64,000 nucleotides of DNA from an uncultured Nitrososphaerota archaeon (lineage in GTDB: Archaea > Thermoproteota > Nitrososphaeria > Nitrososphaerales > Gagatemarchaeaceae). The position numbers and the translations under genes are program-made. Where the stretch lies: assembly GCA_963703285.1 (NCBI GenBank), contig OY969807.1:608001-672000 (forward strand). The letters are read 5' to 3'. The notes below the pieces were generated by a model. That model did not search any database. It had not been told where the DNA came from and saw nothing but the letters and a program-made list of their open reading frames with translations. Position 1 is the stretch's first letter, and each line of letters begins with the position of its first letter. Of the stretch, positions 60,491 through 64,000 are shown in pieces.

Positions 60491-61229
60491 CGACTGGCTT
60501 GTACCCAGCCCCTTTGAACCTCTCCTCGCCATCGACGTTGCCCCTCTCGTGGTAACCGTACATCTCCCAGTATCCATCCCTGTATTCAGGGATGAACTCT
60601 ATCTCGTTGAGCCACTTGGCGCTCTTCCAGAGGTAGAGGTGGGGCATGAAGGGGCGCGCGGGGAATCCCTGCTCGTGCAGGAGGGGCTTCCCGTTCATCT
60701 TCAGCACGACGATCGAGTCCTCCATGAGCGCGTCGGCCAGAGGGATCGGGGCCGTGTAGCCGTCGAGGCAGTGGAACATCACCCAGGTCGCCTCGGGTTT
60801 GACCCTCGCGAGGCCCGCGAGGTACTTGATGGGCACCCCCTCCCAGAGGGGGTTCTCTATGCTCCACTTCGTCACGCAGTGCGCTGAGTGAACCTCCGTC
60901 TTCATAGGGAGCTTGACGAACTCCTCGAGCGTGTACTCCAGAGGGTTCTCGACCAGGCCCGTTACGCGTAGCCTCCAGCTGACTGGGTCCACCTTGGGTA
61001 TCCCGTTCGCCGCGTAGATGACAAACCTGCGCCCCCAGAACTGCCCCGGGGGCAGGCTGCCTCGGTCCCGCGCGGGGCTGGGCTCAGTGGGCTTGTCCTG
61101 GTCCGAGTCCCTCCTGAGGACCCTGCCGAATATCGAACTCAGTCTCTCTTGGCTCCCGTTGGGCGAGAGGGAAATCGACGCCCGCCGGTTCTTATGGGTT
61201 GGGGTAGATGGTGTTCGCGGTGGTCCCAT
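60465..61229 (-). CDS. Sulfite oxidase-like molybdopterin oxidoreductase (start probably ~61145)
   Basis: LPPGQ, HCVTKWS, GFPAR, YLWKSAKW, GYWE..GYH. Confidence 0.92.
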   Translation of the reverse strand: MGPPRTPSTPTHKNRRASISLSPNGSQERLSSIFGRVLRRDSDQDKPTEPSPARDRGSLPPGQFWGRRFVIYAANGIPKVDPVSWRLRVTGLVENPLEYTLEEFVKLPMKTEVHSAHCVTKWSIENPLWEGVPIKYLAGLARVKPEATWVMFHCLDGYTAPIPLADALMEDSIVVLKMNGKPLLHEQGFPARPFMPHLYLWKSAKWLNEIEFIPEYRDGYWEMYGYHERGNVDGEERFKGAGYKPVARRAFGTV

Positions 61230-61287
61230 TTCCCGGTGCGGGCGTCAGTGAGGGCCGCGCGCCCTGACGGTTACCAAACCATACGAG

Positions 61288-61322
61288 AAAGCCCATAGGC
61301 TTCAGCCGTGGGAGGATGTCAC
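61288..61322 (+). mobile_element. Solo IS200/IS605-type right-end hairpin
   Basis: AAAGCCCATAGGCTTCAGCCGTGGGAGGATGTCAC: imperfect palindrome ending TCAC, no transposase nearby. Confidence 0.75.
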
Positions 61323-61735
61323 TTCTTGGTCTCTCGCATGTACTCGTCGTAGATTGCCTTGGCCTTGTCCACGGCGAGGCCGCTGCCCTCGACACCCTTC
61401 TCGGTGACCTTGATCTTGTCCATCACCATAATCACGCCGATGTCCTCCCTCACCGACACGAGCCCTGGGAAGACACGATTCATCCGCTCGCCGAGCGCCT
61501 TCAGGTCGTAGGGCTTGGCCTTGAGCTTGATCTCCCTGACATTGGAGCCGTTGATGGCGACCTTGAAGACGTTCTCGCCTGCCCCGGTGACCCTGTCCAG
61601 GATCAGGTTCAGGCTCTCGTCGACCCCGAGAAGCACCCCGCCGTACTCCTTCCCCTCGCCCGTGATCACGGCGACGGGCTTGCCGATGAAAAAGCTCAGC
61701 TCGTCCCCAAACCTCCTGTAAACTATAGAAGACAA
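61319..61735 (-). CDS. Sm-like archaeal protein with C-terminal domain (SmAP3)
   Basis: GKEYGGVLLGVDESLNLIL, INGSNV, C-terminal FPGLV...VMDKIKV. Confidence 0.9.
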   Translation of the reverse strand: MSSIVYRRFGDELSFFIGKPVAVITGEGKEYGGVLLGVDESLNLILDRVTGAGENVFKVAINGSNVREIKLKAKPYDLKALGERMNRVFPGLVSVREDIGVIMVMDKIKVTEKGVEGSGLAVDKAKAIYDEYMRETKK

Positions 61736-61898
61736 TTTTCCTAAAGTTCAGGATTCCCACCCTTTTAGAGCTTTTGCACCAGCCGACGCTTCATTTGGAA
61801 CCACCCTGACGGTTTTTTCAACCAACTGGTAGAGAGTGGAAGAGTTCTAGGTCCATTCTGGCAAACTGTAATAACAGACCGCGGGTCGACTCCCTGCC

Positions 61899-63965
61899 GT
61901 GTCGAGTGAGAAGACATACTCGGGCCTCCGCTTCTGGGTCCTCTTCCTCGCGGGTCTCTCGTTCGTCGACCTCTCGATAATGCTGGTGGTCGTCACCCTC
62001 CACGCCGCCTGGCCCGACTACGTGCAGATTCCAATCCTGGACTGGATCATCTACGCGCTCAGCGGGGTGGCCGTGGCGTCCGCGGTGGCGGCGCTCTGCG
62101 TGTATCGCTTCGGCAGGGCCAGCCACAGGACTGCGCTGACCGCCATCATCTCCGCGACGACGGGGGTGCTCTTCGCAGACCTCGCGGCCATCGCCCTCCA
62201 CGCTTTCTTCCCCCACGCTATCGCGGTGACGGAGGTCCCCGTCGCCGCCCTGACTCCGATGACGTACATCCTGGGCGGGGCTTCGGCGGCCTCCATCATC
62301 CTGGGGCTCGGGTGGTTCCTCCTGAGGTACCCCCAGCACAGGACCGTCCTCCTCCTCGTCGTCCTGCTGACCACGGGCGTTCTAATCGCGCACCTCTACA
62401 CCATCAACAGCCCGCCCGCGTACACCCCCTACAATCTCTCCGGGTCGATTGGAGGGACGGTGCACGACCCAAGGGTTACCGTGACTACCGTCGTCGCTGG
62501 CCCGAGCGTCGCCGTGACGGTGAGTGACACCGGAGGAGACGCCATAAGCCACGTGGCGGTCTCCTGGGGGGGCACGGAGCTGCCCACCTCGGGCTTCGCC
62601 TTGGAGCCGAGCGTCACGCAACCTCTCCTCCCCGGGAACGAGATTAGCGGCAACTGGACTCTCCAGTCCACTCCAACCGGCGGGGTCACCGTGTCATACG
62701 TCGACTTGAGCTGCTACGACGTCTCGAAGCAGGTACAGGGTTGCGTCATGGACGAGATCTACTACATTCCCGCAGCGCAGACGCTCCTCTCTGGCGAGAA
62801 GTGCGGGCCGTACGCGGACAACTGCAACCTAGAGCATCCCTTCCTCTCCAAGGCGTTCATCGCCGCGGGCATATCCCTCTTCGGGAACAACGACTTCGGC
62901 TGGAGAATCTTCGACGCGCTCCTTGGGACGATGTCCATCCCCGTCGTCTTCGGGATATGCTGGTCCATCACCAAGGACCCGAGGCTCTCTGTCTTCGCCG
63001 CGTACCTCATCGGCTTCGAGACGCTCTTCTTCATCCAGTCGAGCATAGCGGTCATAGACATCCAGATGATCTTCTTCTCGCTGCTCGCCTTCCTCGTGTA
63101 CCTTGCCAACATACGCGTATGGCGGCTCGACAGGATAACGCTCTCCGCGATCCTGCTAGGGATCTCGGCACTCAACAAGGAGACCGCGGTCTTCTTGGTG
63201 GCCTTCCTCGTCGTCTACAACCTCCTCTTCGGGACGGGAGACGGGCGAACGAGGTTCCTCTCGTCGCTGAGGATGCTGATCATCGTCATCGTGGTCTTCG
63301 CAGCGGGCCTGCAGCTCTACGTGACGCTCTTCGGGAACCCCCAGACCACCACCTTTGTCGCGGACATCCAGTACATACTGAAATACGGCGGCTCCCTGAG
63401 ATGCCTCCCTACCAGCTGCGGCTGGGGGTTCTATGGCAACGGCCAGGCGCCGTGGATCACGCCCTTCAGCTGGATGACCTACTACCCCGCAGTCGGCTAC
63501 TTCGTCTCGAGGGAGCTGGTGAACAACGTCCCGAAGTACGTCCTGCTGGGCTACTGGGGCGTAACCGACTTCTTCGAGATCTGGCTGACGTGGATTTGGG
63601 TCCCGTACGTGGGGTACCTCGCCTACAAGCTGTGGACGAGCCGAGCCGCCATCGTCCAGGACGTCACGACTGCGCTGAACATCGACACGCCCTCGTTCAG
63701 GCTGGCCTCCTTCGCGCTCCTCTGGTACCTCATCGCCTACCTCCCCTACATCGGGCTCTACGTTTACGGCAGGGTCACCTATCCCTACTACATGCTCCCG
63801 GTGATGCCCGCGATAGCGATCGGGTGCGCCTTCCTTCTGACCAGGAAGTGGTTCCCCCGCGAGGTCGCATACGTCCTCCTCGGCGGCGTCTTCCTCTGGT
63901 TCTTCCTCTACTACCCCGACAAGAACTTCCTCCCGACCTGGCTGAGGATCATCCTGGGGCACTAG
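61899..63965 (+). CDS. PMT-like GT-C glycosyltransferase (protein O-mannosyltransferase family)
   Basis: MDEIYY (DE motif), EHPFLSK, FGWR, many TM segments, YPYY; extra N-terminal TM block and Ig-like loop. Confidence 0.85.
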   Translation: MSSEKTYSGLRFWVLFLAGLSFVDLSIMLVVVTLHAAWPDYVQIPILDWIIYALSGVAVASAVAALCVYRFGRASHRTALTAIISATTGVLFADLAAIALHAFFPHAIAVTEVPVAALTPMTYILGGASAASIILGLGWFLLRYPQHRTVLLLVVLLTTGVLIAHLYTINSPPAYTPYNLSGSIGGTVHDPRVTVTTVVAGPSVAVTVSDTGGDAISHVAVSWGGTELPTSGFALEPSVTQPLLPGNEISGNWTLQSTPTGGVTVSYVDLSCYDVSKQVQGCVMDEIYYIPAAQTLLSGEKCGPYADNCNLEHPFLSKAFIAAGISLFGNNDFGWRIFDALLGTMSIPVVFGICWSITKDPRLSVFAAYLIGFETLFFIQSSIAVIDIQMIFFSLLAFLVYLANIRVWRLDRITLSAILLGISALNKETAVFLVAFLVVYNLLFGTGDGRTRFLSSLRMLIIVIVVFAAGLQLYVTLFGNPQTTTFVADIQYILKYGGSLRCLPTSCGWGFYGNGQAPWITPFSWMTYYPAVGYFVSRELVNNVPKYVLLGYWGVTDFFEIWLTWIWVPYVGYLAYKLWTSRAAIVQDVTTALNIDTPSFRLASFALLWYLIAYLPYIGLYVYGRVTYPYYMLPVMPAIAIGCAFLLTRKWFPREVAYVLLGGVFLWFFLYYPDKNFLPTWLRIILGH

Positions 63966-64000
63966 CGTTTGCATCGCTGGCTAAAACCCACCTCAGGGTG

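Noticed and set aside
1-64000. CRISPR array, rRNA or tRNA genes
   Set aside because: No regularly spaced repeats or structural RNA signatures seen in any intergenic region.

Overview
GC-rich archaeal DNA. TFB, archaeosine tgtA, PAC2, SmAP3, eL38, KaiC-type ATPases and class III signal-peptide pilins point to a TACK archaeon, most likely a non-ammonia-oxidising Nitrososphaerota (inference). No tRNA, rRNA or CRISPR array was found. Left third: a large secreted protein running off the left edge (missed by the ORF track) and a type IV pilus locus. The locus has an assembly ATPase with two LAGLIDADG inteins, two TadC/FlaJ-type platform proteins, five pilins or pilin-like proteins, an Ig-repeat surface protein and AbrB. 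Next to it are three mutually similar 2-TM proteins (one ending in an AT-hook) divergent from a KaiC-like protein with a degenerate Walker A. Middle: two TnpB elements, a PIN/UPF0175 TA pair, tatA, dcd, tfb, mdh, an ABC exporter, rnhA with a free-standing LAGLIDADG endonuclease, and a sixA-ppx-tmk-tmk-CHAD polyphosphate cluster. Right: housekeeping genes, a ~2400-aa modular surface protein split by two single-base frameshifts, a solo IS200/IS605 end that supplies the lsm stop codon, and a PMT-like glycosyltransferase. Best novelty candidates: (i) a leaderless 16-codon peptide gene with its own TATA box and a palindrome, convergent on a tandem-Lrp-like regulator; (ii) the 2-TM trio/AT-hook/pseudo-KaiC module beside the pilus locus; (iii) a variable, lower-GC beta-propeller module shared by two surface proteins. 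Four +1 frameshifts may be long-read errors. All family assignments come from motif recognition by eye; no searches were run.
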